This document shows positions 9,418-19,009 of a stretch of DNA of 64,000 nucleotides, piece by piece. The DNA lies in the NCBI GenBank assembly GCA_035761425.1, contig DASTRD010000275.1:804-64803 (forward strand), in the 5' to 3' direction. The notes below the pieces were generated by a model. The model was not told the DNA's origin. It saw only the letters and a list, made by a program, of their open reading frames with translations, and ran no database searches. How positions within the stretch are numbered: position 1 is the stretch's first letter; each line of letters opens with the position of its first letter. Made by a program: the position numbers and the translations under genes. Source of the DNA: Povalibacter sp. (GTDB lineage: Bacteria > Pseudomonadota > Gammaproteobacteria > Steroidobacterales > Steroidobacteraceae).

Positions 9418-10233
9418 TCAGTCACCAAACTGCTCGGCAAGTTCCGCCGAGCGCTGCGCGGCCGCCGCGACGGCCGCGGCAAAGATATCACGTACCTTTG
9501 CCTGCTCCAGGACCTGCAAGGCTGCTGCCGTCGTGCCACCTTTCGACGTGACCTGCTCCCGCAGCGTGGCAGGGGATTCGCTGGCTTCACGCGCCATGCG
9601 TCCCGCACCGTATGCGGTCTCCACCGCCAGTTGACGACTCACTTCTGCCGGCAGACCGAGCGCAATGCCAGCATGTTCGAGCATTTCGACCAGCAGGAAG
9701 AAATACGCGGGACCGGAACCGGACACTGCAGTGACCGCATCCATCTGCGATTCCTGCTCCAGCCAGACCGTCGCACCGACGGCGCCAAGAATTTCGGCGG
9801 CCAGCTCGCGATGCTCGCGGCCCACATCTGCGGTGGCAAACAGACCTGTCATGCCGCAGCCCTGCAACGCGGGACGATTGGGCATGCAGCGCACGACCGG
9901 AAGATCGCCGGACCAGCGTCTGATATCCGAGGCGCGAATGCCGGCAGCCACCGAGATCAGCAATGGCCGTTGTGTCAGCGCCGGAGCGAGCGCAGTGATG
10001 ACGTTGCGCATCTCCTGGGGCTTGACTGCCAGGATGATGACGGCTGCATTCGCTGCGGCCTGCAGATTGTCCGCGAATGTCTCGACGCCGAATTGTTCGC
10101 GCAGTGCGTCGCGTTGTGTTGCAACCGGATCGGAGACACGCAGCTGGCCGGCCTGAGCGCCTTGCGCGAGAAGCCCGCCGATCAGGCTGCGGGCCATATT
10201 GCCGCCGCCAATGAAACACAGTGTCGAGGTCAT
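9418..10233 (-). CDS. proC: Pyrroline-5-carboxylate reductase
   Basis: N-terminal FIGGGNMARSLIGGL Rossmann motif and C-terminal VTSKGGTTAAAL motif. Confidence 0.95.
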   Translation of the reverse strand: MTSTLCFIGGGNMARSLIGGLLAQGAQAGQLRVSDPVATQRDALREQFGVETFADNLQAAANAAVIILAVKPQEMRNVITALAPALTQRPLLISVAAGIRASDIRRWSGDLPVVRCMPNRPALQGCGMTGLFATADVGREHRELAAEILGAVGATVWLEQESQMDAVTAVSGSGPAYFFLLVEMLEHAGIALGLPAEVSRQLAVETAYGAGRMAREASESPATLREQVTSKGGTTAAALQVLEQAKVRDIFAAAVAAAAQRSAELAEQFGD

Positions 10234-10311
10234 GCCGGTGCTGCTGCTGAAATGGGAGGGCGAAGAATGCCTGAAGGAGAGCAGGAGGCAACAGCACCGC
10301 TGCGTCGCCGA

Positions 10312-11016
10312 CTAGCCGGTTGGCGTCCGTCGCCGTTCGCCGAACAACGCGGTTCCAATGCGAACCAGCGTGGCGCCGGCTGCGACGGCAGCTTCCAGAT
10401 CTCCGGACATCCCCATGGACAACGTGTCGAGCTGGAACCCCAGGCCATTCAGTTCCTGCCGGAGCCGCGCGAGCTGATCGAAAAACGCCTTCTGTTCATC
10501 GAAGCTTTCGCACGGCGGCGGCACTGCCATCAGACCGCGCAATCGCAGGCGGGGCAGGGCTCGCACATGGGTCGCGAGCGCAGGCAGTTCATCAGGAGTC
10601 ACGCCGCCTTTGCCTTCCTCGTCGGCCAGGCGAACCTGCAGGCACACATTAATAGGAGAGACATGCGCCGAGCGCTGCTCGTTGAGACGGGTCGCGATGC
10701 GCTCGCGATCGAGGGTATGCACCCAGGCAAAGTGCTCGGCGATGGGCCGGGTCTTGTTGCTCTGAATCTGTCCGGTGAAATGCCAGGTCAGCGGCAGATC
10801 GGCAAGGGACTGCATTTTTGGCAGGGCTTCCTGCAGATAGTTTTCGCCGAAATCGCGCTGACCGAGCGCCGCCAGCTCGCGGATGGCCGATGCGGGCTGT
10901 CCCTTGCTGATCGCGACCAGACCGACGGATTCGGCGCGGCGACCGGCACTGATTGCGGCGGATGCGATGCGCGTCTGCGTTTGCGCGAGACGATCGGCGA
11001 CATCATTCACTGGCAT
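10312..11016 (-). CDS. yggS: YggS-family pyridoxal-phosphate homeostasis protein
   Basis: VAISKGQP (PLP Lys), WHFTGQIQSNK and LSMGMSGDLEAAV motifs. Confidence 0.9.
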   Translation of the reverse strand: MPVNDVADRLAQTQTRIASAAISAGRRAESVGLVAISKGQPASAIRELAALGQRDFGENYLQEALPKMQSLADLPLTWHFTGQIQSNKTRPIAEHFAWVHTLDRERIATRLNEQRSAHVSPINVCLQVRLADEEGKGGVTPDELPALATHVRALPRLRLRGLMAVPPPCESFDEQKAFFDQLARLRQELNGLGFQLDTLSMGMSGDLEAAVAAGATLVRIGTALFGERRRTPTG

Positions 11017-11251
11017 CGACTGGCTTCTTGCGGTTTCTCTGCCCTTGGGCGGCAGCCAATTCCTGCAGCAGGATCTGCTGAAGGCGCACGCCGCGGCGGG
11101 AAAACTGCGGACTAGTTAACATATTTGGCGCGCTGGCGCTCCGTTATACTCGGCGCAGATTTGCCCTGCGGACGCCGCGCGGGCGAATCGTGTGTAGAGT
11201 CATTACGCGCGCGTGGCGTACGACTCAACTTCATGTTCATGGGAATTCTTC

Positions 11252-12292
11252 ATGCCCGTTGATATCGCGCAGCTGCTGGCCTTCGCAGTCAAGAACAACG
11301 CGTCCGACCTGCACCTGTCCGCCGGTGTGCCGCCGATGATTCGCGTCGATGGCGACATGAAGCGTATCAACATGCCGTCACTGACTCACAAGGAAGTGCA
11401 CAGCATGGTGTACGACATCATGAATGACAAACAACGCAAGGCTTACGAAGAATTCTACGAAACCGATTTCTCCTTCGAAATACCCAAGCTGGCTCGCTTT
11501 CGCGTCAATGCATTCAATCAGAATCGCGGCGCCGGCGCGGTGTTCAGAACGATTCCGTCGTTGATCATGTCGCTCGACGATCTCAATGCACCGAAGATCT
11601 TCAAGGACATTTCCATGCATCCGCGCGGTCTGGTGCTCGTCACCGGCCCGACGGGCTCGGGCAAGTCAACCACGCTTGCCGCCATGATCAACTACATCAA
11701 CGACAACAAGCCCGATCACATCATCACGATCGAGGATCCGATCGAGTTCGTGCACGAGAGCAAGCGCTCGCTCGTCAACCAGCGTGAAGTGCACCGCGAC
11801 ACGCTGGGCTTTTCCGAGGCGCTGCGTTCGGCGCTGCGCGAGGATCCCGACATCGTGCTGGTCGGCGAAATGCGCGACCTGGAAACCGTCCGACTGGCGC
11901 TGACCGCGGCGGAAACAGGCCACCTGGTCTTCGGGACGTTGCACACGACCTCGGCAGCCAAGACCATCGACCGTATCGTTGACGTGTTCCCCGCCGCCGA
12001 GAAGGAGATGGTCCGTACCATGCTCTCGGAGTCGCTGCGTGCCGTGATTTCGCAGACCCTGCTGAAGCGCATCGGCGGTGGACGTGTTGCGGCGCACGAG
12101 ATCATGATCGGCACGCCGGCGATTCGAAACCTGATCCGCGAAGGCAAGATCGCGCAGATGTATTCGGCGATCCAGACCGGCCAGTCCGCCGGCATGCAGA
12201 CCCTCGATCAGTGCCTGACCGAACTGCTGCAGAAGGGACTGATCGCCAAGGAAGAAGCGCGCTTCCGCGCGCAGAACAAGGATCAGTTCTGA
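11252..12292 (+). CDS. pilT: Type IV pilus retraction ATPase PilT
   Basis: ASDLHLSAGVPPMIRVDG, Walker A GPTGSGKST, His box TLHT and the PilT-specific AIRNLIREGK motif. The ATG at 11252 gives about 346 aa. Confidence 0.95.
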   Translation: MPVDIAQLLAFAVKNNASDLHLSAGVPPMIRVDGDMKRINMPSLTHKEVHSMVYDIMNDKQRKAYEEFYETDFSFEIPKLARFRVNAFNQNRGAGAVFRTIPSLIMSLDDLNAPKIFKDISMHPRGLVLVTGPTGSGKSTTLAAMINYINDNKPDHIITIEDPIEFVHESKRSLVNQREVHRDTLGFSEALRSALREDPDIVLVGEMRDLETVRLALTAAETGHLVFGTLHTTSAAKTIDRIVDVFPAAEKEMVRTMLSESLRAVISQTLLKRIGGGRVAAHEIMIGTPAIRNLIREGKIAQMYSAIQTGQSAGMQTLDQCLTELLQKGLIAKEEARFRAQNKDQF

Positions 12293-12295
12293 TGA

Positions 12296-12383
12296 GGCCA
12301 CAGGTCACAGGCTCCAGCCTATGGCCCCAGTGGCGCTCGAGTTTCCTGATTCTGTCCGTAGCCCATAGCCTGTAGCCTGTCGT
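12296..12383. repeat. Inverted array of tandem heptamers (GGYCACA-type left arm, TGTAGCC-type right arm) in the pilT-pilU gap
   Basis: Left arm ggccaca ggtcaca ggctcca gcctatg. Right arm ccgtagc ccatagc ctgtagc ctgtcgt. 12310-12326 pairs imperfectly with 12361-12377. Confidence 0.6.
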
Positions 12384-12397
12384 CCGCGGAGCGGAGA

Positions 12398-13561
12398 ATG
12401 GAACGCGAACAAGCCATCAAACTGATGCAGGATCTGCTCAAGCGCCTCGTCGAGCGCAAGGGCTCCGATCTCTTCATCACTTCCGGATTTCCGCCTGCCA
12501 TCAAGATCGACGGCGAGATCCGTCCGCAGTCCGAACGCCTGCTGACTCCCGAACAGAGCGCAGTACTCGTGCGCTCGATCATGAACGACAAGCAGACGCG
12601 CGAGTTCGACGCGACCAAGGAGTGCAATTTCGCCATCGCGCCGGTCGGCATCGGCCGATTCCGTGTCAGTGCGTTCGTGCAGCAGGGCCTGATCGGCTGT
12701 GTGGTGCGAACCATCAACGCGAAGATTCCGACGCTGGAAGAAATGCAGCTGCCGCCGATTCTCAAGGACGTGGTGATGACCAAGCGCGGCCTGGTCATCC
12801 TGGTGGGCGGCACGGGTTCCGGCAAATCGACGTCGCTCGCTGCGATGTTGAATTACCGCAATGAAAAAACCCGCGGCCACATCATCACCATCGAGGATCC
12901 GGTCGAATACGTTCACGATCACAAGGGCTGCGTGATCACGCATCGTGAAGTGGGCGTGGATACCGAGTCGTGGCACATGGCGCTCAAGAACACGCTGCGT
13001 CAGGCGCCCGACGTCATCCTCATCGGCGAAATCCGCGACCGCGAGACCATGGAGTACGGCATTCAGTTCGCCGAAACCGGCCACCTGGTGCTGGCGACAC
13101 TGCACGCCAACAGCGCCAATCAGGCGCTGGATCGCATCATCAACTTCTTCCCCGAAGAACGGCGCGAACAGTTGCTGATGGATCTGTCACTGAACATCCG
13201 CGCACTGATTTCGCAGCGTCTGATTCCGCGCGACTCCGGCAGCGGCCGCATCGCGGCCATGGAAGTCATGCTCAACTCGCCGCTGATCGCCGATCTGATC
13301 TTCAAGGGCGAAGTGGCCGCCATCAAGGAAGTCATGGCCAAGTCCAACCGGCTCGGCATGAAGACCTTCGACCAGGCCTTGTTCGAGCTCTATGAGACCG
13401 GAATGATTTCCTACGAGGACGCGCTCAGGAATGCGGACTCGAAGAACGAAGTGCGTCTGCGCATCAAGCTGGAAAGCAAGCGTGAGACCAGGCTCGCCGA
13501 CGAGGCAGGCAGCAGCCTGCGCATCATGGAAGATGAAATCGACGGGACGATCGGCCGATAG
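12398..13561 (+). CDS. pilU: PilU-type PilT-family ATPase
   Basis: GSDLFITSGFPPAIKIDG, Walker A GGTGSGKST, ATLHANSANQALDRIINFF. It lacks the AIRNLIREGK motif and is about 387 aa, like PilU. Confidence 0.9.
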   Translation: MEREQAIKLMQDLLKRLVERKGSDLFITSGFPPAIKIDGEIRPQSERLLTPEQSAVLVRSIMNDKQTREFDATKECNFAIAPVGIGRFRVSAFVQQGLIGCVVRTINAKIPTLEEMQLPPILKDVVMTKRGLVILVGGTGSGKSTSLAAMLNYRNEKTRGHIITIEDPVEYVHDHKGCVITHREVGVDTESWHMALKNTLRQAPDVILIGEIRDRETMEYGIQFAETGHLVLATLHANSANQALDRIINFFPEERREQLLMDLSLNIRALISQRLIPRDSGSGRIAAMEVMLNSPLIADLIFKGEVAAIKEVMAKSNRLGMKTFDQALFELYETGMISYEDALRNADSKNEVRLRIKLESKRETRLADEAGSSLRIMEDEIDGTIGR

Positions 13562-13658
13562 TACACGGGGAAAACGTCTGCCGGAGTCCGTAGCAGATCC
13601 GGTTCGGACCGTGTGATCCGCGTGTACTGTGTGTGGGGTTTCTGACTCGGAATCGAAC

Positions 13659-14777
13659 ATGGCAGCAGATAGCGAAGCAATGGAGAACGGCGATACGGGC
13701 AGCGAAGAGCGCCCCGTCGTACTCAATACGAAGCCGCTGTTCAAGCTGATGGTGGACAAGCGCGCGTCCGACCTGTTCTTCACTTCCTACGCGCCGATCA
13801 AGATCAAGATCGAAGGTCAGATCTTTCCGGTCAACAAGCAGATGCTGACGCCTGAAGTCGTGCGGCAGGCCGCTTACGGACTGATGACCCAGGACCAGAT
13901 CGAAGCTTTCAATGAAGAGCTCGAGATCGATTTCGCGATCTCCGAGCCCGGCCTGGGCCGATTCCGCGTCAATGTGTTCCATCAGCGCGGCAACCCCGCC
14001 ATGGTGCTGCGCTACATCACCGCCGACATGCCGCGGCTGGACGATCTGGGCCTGCCGGAAATCCTGAAAGATCTCATGATGATGAGGCGCGGCATGATCC
14101 TGATGGTGGGCGCCACGGGATCGGGCAAGTCCACCACGCTTGCTTCGATGATCAACTACCGCAACGAGAACTCCTCGGACCACATCATCACCATCGAGGA
14201 CCCGATCGAATTCCTGCACTCGAACAAGAAATCCATCATCAACCAGCGCGAAGTCGGGCTCGATACGAAGTCGTATGCGCGCGCACTCAAGAGCGCAATG
14301 CGCGCGGCACCGGACGTGCTGCTGATCGGCGAAATCCGCGATCGTGAAACGATGGAGTCGGCCATCATGCTGGCCGGTACCGGACACTTGGTGCTGGCGA
14401 CACTGCACGCGAACAATGCGGCCGAAACGCTGGACCGCATCATCAACATGTTCCCGCTCGACCAGCACACGCAGATCTTCCTCGATCTGTCGCAATACCT
14501 GCGGGCGATCGTCGCGCAGCGCCTGATTCCGGGAAAGAACAAGCGCCGCGTGGCCGCGGTGGAACTCCTGATCAACACCCCGCACATGCAGGAGCTGATC
14601 AAGAAGGGCGATGTCATCGGTGCGAAGGAAGCACTGCGCAGCAGCAGCGAGAAAGGCATGCAGCACTTCGACGTGGCGCTGTACGAACTGTATCGCGCGG
14701 GCCGCATCACGATGGAAGACGCGCTCGCCTACGCCGATTCGCGCACCAATCTCGAGGCCAAGATCAATTTCGGTTAG
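13659..14777 (+). CDS. Second PilU-like PilT-family ATPase (paralogue)
   Basis: ASDLFFTSYAPIKIKIEG, Walker A GATGSGKST, ATLHANNAAETLDRIINMF. About half its residues are identical to the preceding PilU by eye. Confidence 0.85.
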   Translation: MAADSEAMENGDTGSEERPVVLNTKPLFKLMVDKRASDLFFTSYAPIKIKIEGQIFPVNKQMLTPEVVRQAAYGLMTQDQIEAFNEELEIDFAISEPGLGRFRVNVFHQRGNPAMVLRYITADMPRLDDLGLPEILKDLMMMRRGMILMVGATGSGKSTTLASMINYRNENSSDHIITIEDPIEFLHSNKKSIINQREVGLDTKSYARALKSAMRAAPDVLLIGEIRDRETMESAIMLAGTGHLVLATLHANNAAETLDRIINMFPLDQHTQIFLDLSQYLRAIVAQRLIPGKNKRRVAAVELLINTPHMQELIKKGDVIGAKEALRSSSEKGMQHFDVALYELYRAGRITMEDALAYADSRTNLEAKINFG

Positions 14778-14883
14778 CGCATCGCGCTGACGGCAAGGCT
14801 GCGGGCTACGGACCCGGCGCCGGATCGGAGCTTCTTGCGCCTCTATTCTGGCCGTCGCCTGAGACCTGTCATCTGTGGTCCGC

Positions 14884-15774
14884 TCAGGCCGCGAACACGG
14901 CCTGAGCGTCAAACACCGGCCCATCCACACACACACGCTTCATCGCCGGACCCTGAGGTGTCGCGACCTTCACGGCACAGCCGGCACAGCCGCCGACAGC
15001 GCAGGCCATGAACTCTTCCAGAGAAACCTGGCAGGGAATATCGAAGCGACGCGCGACGGCGGCCGCAGCCTTGAGCATCACGGTCGGACCGCAGGCGAAC
15101 ATTTCGACTTCATTGAGCGCAGCCGCATCGAGCGAGCCGAGCCAGGCAGCGGCCAGATCCGTGACGTAACCATCGAAGCAGCCGGGATACCCGGCGAGCG
15201 TGGCGAGCCGGCTCGGAATTCCCCATTCCTCGAGCAGCGGCATGGCGGCAATCGCGCCGTCGGGCATGCCGGGCACCAGGATGGTCGAGGGGCGGGTACG
15301 AAACGGAAACGGCACTTCGGAGCCCATCAGGACCAGCGGCTTCCACTGCGCGTCGGTACGCTCGCGCAATGACTCCGACAGAAAGACCATCGGCGGGATG
15401 CCCACACCGCCGCCGACCAGCAGCGTCCGCGGCCGTTGCGGATGCGGCACGAAGCCGTTGCCGATGGGGCCGAGCGAACTGATGCGATCGCCCGCCTTCT
15501 TCTGCGACAACAGCGCGAGCCCGTTGCCGACGATCTTGTAGAGCACTTCCACCGTGCCACGCTGCGGATCGGTGCGCATGATCGACAACGGCCGGCGCAT
15601 CGGCAGCGATTCATCGCACGTCAGGTGCACGAACGCCCCGGGCGTGGCGGCGCTGGCGCATTTCGGCGCCTTGAATTTCAGTACGAACTGATTGGCATCG
15701 AACGCCTGCTGCGCGAGGACTTCGGCGTCTTCGAGAAAGATGGTGTCGCGATGGGGCTTGTTGGTGTTCATCAC
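14884..15774 (-). CDS. PyrK-like FAD/NAD(P)-binding 2Fe-2S oxidoreductase (dihydroorotate dehydrogenase electron-transfer subunit family)
   Basis: RRPLSI (FAD), GPIGNGF, LVGGGVGIPPM (NAD) and the C-terminal Cys cluster MACAVGGCAGCAV...VCVDGPVF. Confidence 0.8.
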   Translation of the reverse strand: MMNTNKPHRDTIFLEDAEVLAQQAFDANQFVLKFKAPKCASAATPGAFVHLTCDESLPMRRPLSIMRTDPQRGTVEVLYKIVGNGLALLSQKKAGDRISSLGPIGNGFVPHPQRPRTLLVGGGVGIPPMVFLSESLRERTDAQWKPLVLMGSEVPFPFRTRPSTILVPGMPDGAIAAMPLLEEWGIPSRLATLAGYPGCFDGYVTDLAAAWLGSLDAAALNEVEMFACGPTVMLKAAAAVARRFDIPCQVSLEEFMACAVGGCAGCAVKVATPQGPAMKRVCVDGPVFDAQAVFAA

Positions 15775-15876
15775 TTCAGAATCCGATTCACACGGAGTTC
15801 ACAGCAGGACGAAGGTGAGGATCCGCAGCAGGGGGCTCCCCAACCTTCGTGACGCCCGTGTGAAATATCTTTGCCT

Positions 15877-16857
15877 TTATTTCAGTTGCCGCCGCGCCTG
15901 CACATTGCGGGCGATCGTGGCGAACACCGCCATGCGCACGGCGACGCCGTTGGTGACTTGTTGCTGGATGACGGACTGGGGGCCATCTGCCACATCGCTG
16001 GCGATTTCGACGTTGCGATTCATCGGTCCGGGGTGCATGACGATGGCGCCGGCGTTGGCCTTGCGCAGGCGTTCGGCGGTGATGCCGAAGGTCCTGTGGT
16101 AGGTCGCTTCGTCCGGTATCTGTGCGCTCGACATGCGCTCGCGCTGGATGCGCAGGGCCATGACGACATCGACGCCTGCGATGGCGGCGTCGATATCGGT
16201 GAAACGCCGGACACCGGGAAATTCGTTCTGTGCGGGCATCAGATCTTCCGGCGCCGCGATGCGCAACTCACCGACACCGAGCGTTGCGAATGCGTGCCAC
16301 GCCGAGCGCGCTACACGCGAATGGGCAATGTCGCCCGCGATCAGGATCTTGAGCTGATCGAACTCCGGCTTGTGCTGGCGGACGGTGAGCGCATCGAGCA
16401 GGCCCTGCGTGGGATGCGACAGATGCGCCTCGCCTGCATTGAGAATGCACACATGCGGCGCGACGAACTGGGCCATGGACGCCGGCAGACCCGGTTCGGC
16501 ATCGCGCATGATCAGGATGTCCGCATGCATGGCCTGGATCGTGTAGATGGTGTCGAGCACGGTCTCGCCCTTGACTCGCGATGACGACTGCATGTCGAGA
16601 TTCACCACGTCGGCCCCGAGTCGCAGTGCCGCGAGTTCGAACGAGACTCGCGTGCGTGTGCTGGGTTCGAAGAAAAGATTGGCGACCGTATGGCCGGCGA
16701 GGGTCTGGTCGCGCGCCGGCAGTTCGCCGGGGGCGCGGACGTAGAACTGGGCCAAATCCAGTATCCCCGTCATTTCCTCGCGAGTCAGGCCTTCGAGCGT
16801 GATCAGGTGACGCAGCCGGCCTTCGGAGTCGCGCTGCACGGTGGAGTCTTTGCTCAT
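15877..16857 (-). CDS. pyrB: Aspartate carbamoyltransferase catalytic subunit
   Basis: FFEPSTRTRVSFE and SHPTQGLLD motifs. The ATG at 16857 overlaps the ruvX stop (ATGA). Confidence 0.95.
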   Translation of the reverse strand: MSKDSTVQRDSEGRLRHLITLEGLTREEMTGILDLAQFYVRAPGELPARDQTLAGHTVANLFFEPSTRTRVSFELAALRLGADVVNLDMQSSSRVKGETVLDTIYTIQAMHADILIMRDAEPGLPASMAQFVAPHVCILNAGEAHLSHPTQGLLDALTVRQHKPEFDQLKILIAGDIAHSRVARSAWHAFATLGVGELRIAAPEDLMPAQNEFPGVRRFTDIDAAIAGVDVVMALRIQRERMSSAQIPDEATYHRTFGITAERLRKANAGAIVMHPGPMNRNVEIASDVADGPQSVIQQQVTNGVAVRMAVFATIARNVQARRQLK

Positions 16858-17339
16858 GTGTTCTCGATGGACAGTGGTTCGGCGGCCGACGGATCGTCGA
16901 ACCACCGTTCCAGAAGAATTTTTGCCGCAGTCATGTCGACGTCGGCGTGAGTCAGACGGCGACGCTTCAGACCCTGGGCCCGTGCATCGCGCAGTTGCGC
17001 TTCGGCTTCCCGTGAACTCAGCCGCTCGTCCACCAGCGCCACTGACACGGCGTAGCGCGTGAGTAGTTCGCGTGCGAATTGACGAGCCGGCCCGGTCAGC
17101 GCCGTCGGCGTGCCATCCATATTATAGGGGAGGCCCACGATCAGGCGGGCAGGACGATAGTCCGCGATGAGTTTGTCGATCTCGCGCCAGTGCGTGCCAT
17201 TTGCAACCGTCAGCGTAATGAGTGGCCGCGCCGTGGACGTGAGCGTATCGCCGCTCGCCACGCCAATGCGCCGGGTGCCGAAGTCAAAAGCGAGGATGAG
17301 TTGCGGCGCGGATGACGGACCCCGGGCAGGATCGGTCAT
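16854..17339 (-). CDS. ruvX: Holliday-junction resolvase-like RuvX (YqgF)
   Basis: ILAFDFGTRRIGVASGD N-terminus, VGLPYNMDGT and DERLSSREAE motifs. Its start overlaps the yqgE stop. Confidence 0.9.
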   Translation of the reverse strand: MTDPARGPSSAPQLILAFDFGTRRIGVASGDTLTSTARPLITLTVANGTHWREIDKLIADYRPARLIVGLPYNMDGTPTALTGPARQFARELLTRYAVSVALVDERLSSREAEAQLRDARAQGLKRRRLTHADVDMTAAKILLERWFDDPSAAEPLSIENT

Positions 17340-17902
17340 CAGGCGTGCCCCACATGGGGGCTGATGGTCGCCAGGTCGATGCCGAGCAGTCGCCCCGCGG
17401 CGAGCCAGCGTTGCTCGTAGGGCGTATCGAAAATGATGCGTTCGTCCGCTGCCACGGTCAGCCAGGCGTTCTGCGCCAGTTCCTGTTCGAGTTGCCCGGC
17501 GCTCCACCCTGCGTAACCCAATGCCACCAACGCTGTTTCAGGGCCGTTGCCGCGCGCCATGGCGTCGAGAATGTCGGGCGAGGTCGTGACCTGAATGCGC
17601 GATGACACGGCGCGAGTGTGTTCCCACTGACCGCCGCTGTAATGCAGGACGAAACCGCGATCGGTCTGCACCGGGCCTCCCTGCAGTACCGATTGCTGGC
17701 CAACGGATTCGGTCGGCGTCGGCATCTTGAGCTGTTCGAACACGTCCGCCAGCTTCATCTGCAGGGGGCGGTTGATGATGATGCCCAGCGCACCCTCGGC
17801 GTTGTGTTCCCAGATGTAGGTGACGGTCTGGGAAAAATTGCTGTCCGTCATCGCCGGCATTGCGATGAGGAACTGATCGGTCAGGAAGGTGCCGCCGGCC
17901 AT
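17339..17902 (-). CDS. yqgE: YqgE/AlgH-family protein
   Basis: FLIAMPAMTDSNFSQTVTYIWEHNAEGALGIIINRP signature. Confidence 0.85.
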   Translation of the reverse strand: MAGGTFLTDQFLIAMPAMTDSNFSQTVTYIWEHNAEGALGIIINRPLQMKLADVFEQLKMPTPTESVGQQSVLQGGPVQTDRGFVLHYSGGQWEHTRAVSSRIQVTTSPDILDAMARGNGPETALVALGYAGWSAGQLEQELAQNAWLTVAADERIIFDTPYEQRWLAAGRLLGIDLATISPHVGHA

Positions 17903-18023
17903 GATGTGGCCAAGTATCCGGATCGCGCCGGCCCGGCTCAAGGGATTTGGTGACAGAAGCGTGCCGGATGAGCAGCGATGAGCGACGAGCCGATGACCGG
18001 GCGTCTTGCTGGCCTGTCAGCCG

Positions 18024-18953
18024 TTACCTGGTGGCGTAGTTCCCCGATGCCGACACCTTGCCCGGCCCTCCCAGGAACTGCCATTCATAGGCAAAACGCA
18101 GCTCGTCGTATTTCTGGCGCAGATCGGTCGGGAAGGGATTGAAGGGCGAGGCGCGATTGAGGATCTGAATGGCAGCATGGTCCAGCTCCTTGCTGCCGCT
18201 CGAACGGCGAATGACCACATCGCTGATCGTGCCGTCCGCACGGATGGCGACTTCCAGCACCGGATTGCCGGCGTGCGCGGCCTTCTGCGCGATCACCGGA
18301 AAATCCTCGGTACCGAGCCGTTCAACCTTGTTGCGCCACGCATCGAGATAGGGCGCGATGATGGAACGGCGGGTATTGGGCATGACCTCGTACTTGCCAT
18401 CCTGTCTGCCGCGCAGTCGCAGCGTCATGTCGGTGGCATTGGTTGCGATCGGGCTCGGTGCCGTGGGAGCCAGGGCCAGCGGAGTCTCGGCGGCCTGTGC
18501 AGGCGTCGCAGCGCCGCTGCGATAGGAGATCTCGCTGCGATCGGAACGGCTGGTCACGAATTCGCTGGAGCGGCGGCCGGCGGTCGCCTCGCGATATTCG
18601 CTGCCGGTGCCTTCCGCAATGCCTTCCTGCTGCAAGGGCAGTGTGGAGGAGGCGGGATTGGCAGGTCGCACTGCATCATCGGTCGTGCCGGTGCCGATCT
18701 GATTGCGCTGCGCCAGATATTGAGCGGAGGCATTGTCGGCCGCCTGCGTATCCGCACCAGTCAGCAGCAACACTTCGAGGGTCGGCGGCGGGCCGGGGGG
18801 TGTCCTGGGCGTCGCGAAAGTCACGCCGAGAATCACGATGCCGTGAAACAGCGCCGCCAGAAACAGCGTCGTCGTCAGCCGATCGCGGACCGGAGCTGCG
18901 CCCTCGTTGTCGTCGCTCGAGGAAGGAATGATTGAATCGGCCGGAGTGCTCAT
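18024..18953 (-). CDS. TonB-family protein (position equivalent to P. aeruginosa tonB3)
   Basis: N-terminal TM segment (LFLAALFHGIVILGV), Pro-rich linker (PRTPPGPPPT), C-terminal TonB_C-like domain (...GSKELDHAAIQILNRASPFNPFP). It lies between yqgE and gshB. Confidence 0.8.
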   Translation of the reverse strand: MSTPADSIIPSSSDDNEGAAPVRDRLTTTLFLAALFHGIVILGVTFATPRTPPGPPPTLEVLLLTGADTQAADNASAQYLAQRNQIGTGTTDDAVRPANPASSTLPLQQEGIAEGTGSEYREATAGRRSSEFVTSRSDRSEISYRSGAATPAQAAETPLALAPTAPSPIATNATDMTLRLRGRQDGKYEVMPNTRRSIIAPYLDAWRNKVERLGTEDFPVIAQKAAHAGNPVLEVAIRADGTISDVVIRRSSGSKELDHAAIQILNRASPFNPFPTDLRQKYDELRFAYEWQFLGGPGKVSASGNYATR

Positions 18954-19009
18954 GGCAGCGCTTCAAGTCTGGCCGCATTCTGACCTATTCGCCATCAACT
19001 ATTCACCGG

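Noticed and set aside
9355-11115. 586-aa ORF on the plus strand across proC and yggS. Similar long ORFs occur at 13524-14936, 18006-18935, 21772-23703, 25228-27099, 28051-29676, 36131-38341, 45077-46885 and 51237-52979.
   Set aside because: All lie antisense to, or out of frame with, genes carrying unmistakable family motifs. Their translations are Arg/Gly/Ala/His-rich low-information sequence, typical of shadow ORFs in GC-rich DNA.
11122-11150. Sigma-70 promoter for pilT (TATACT at 11145-11150).
   Set aside because: The -10 element is good, but no acceptable -35 hexamer lies at 15-18 nt spacing (tatttg / tttggc). Too weak to list as a feature.
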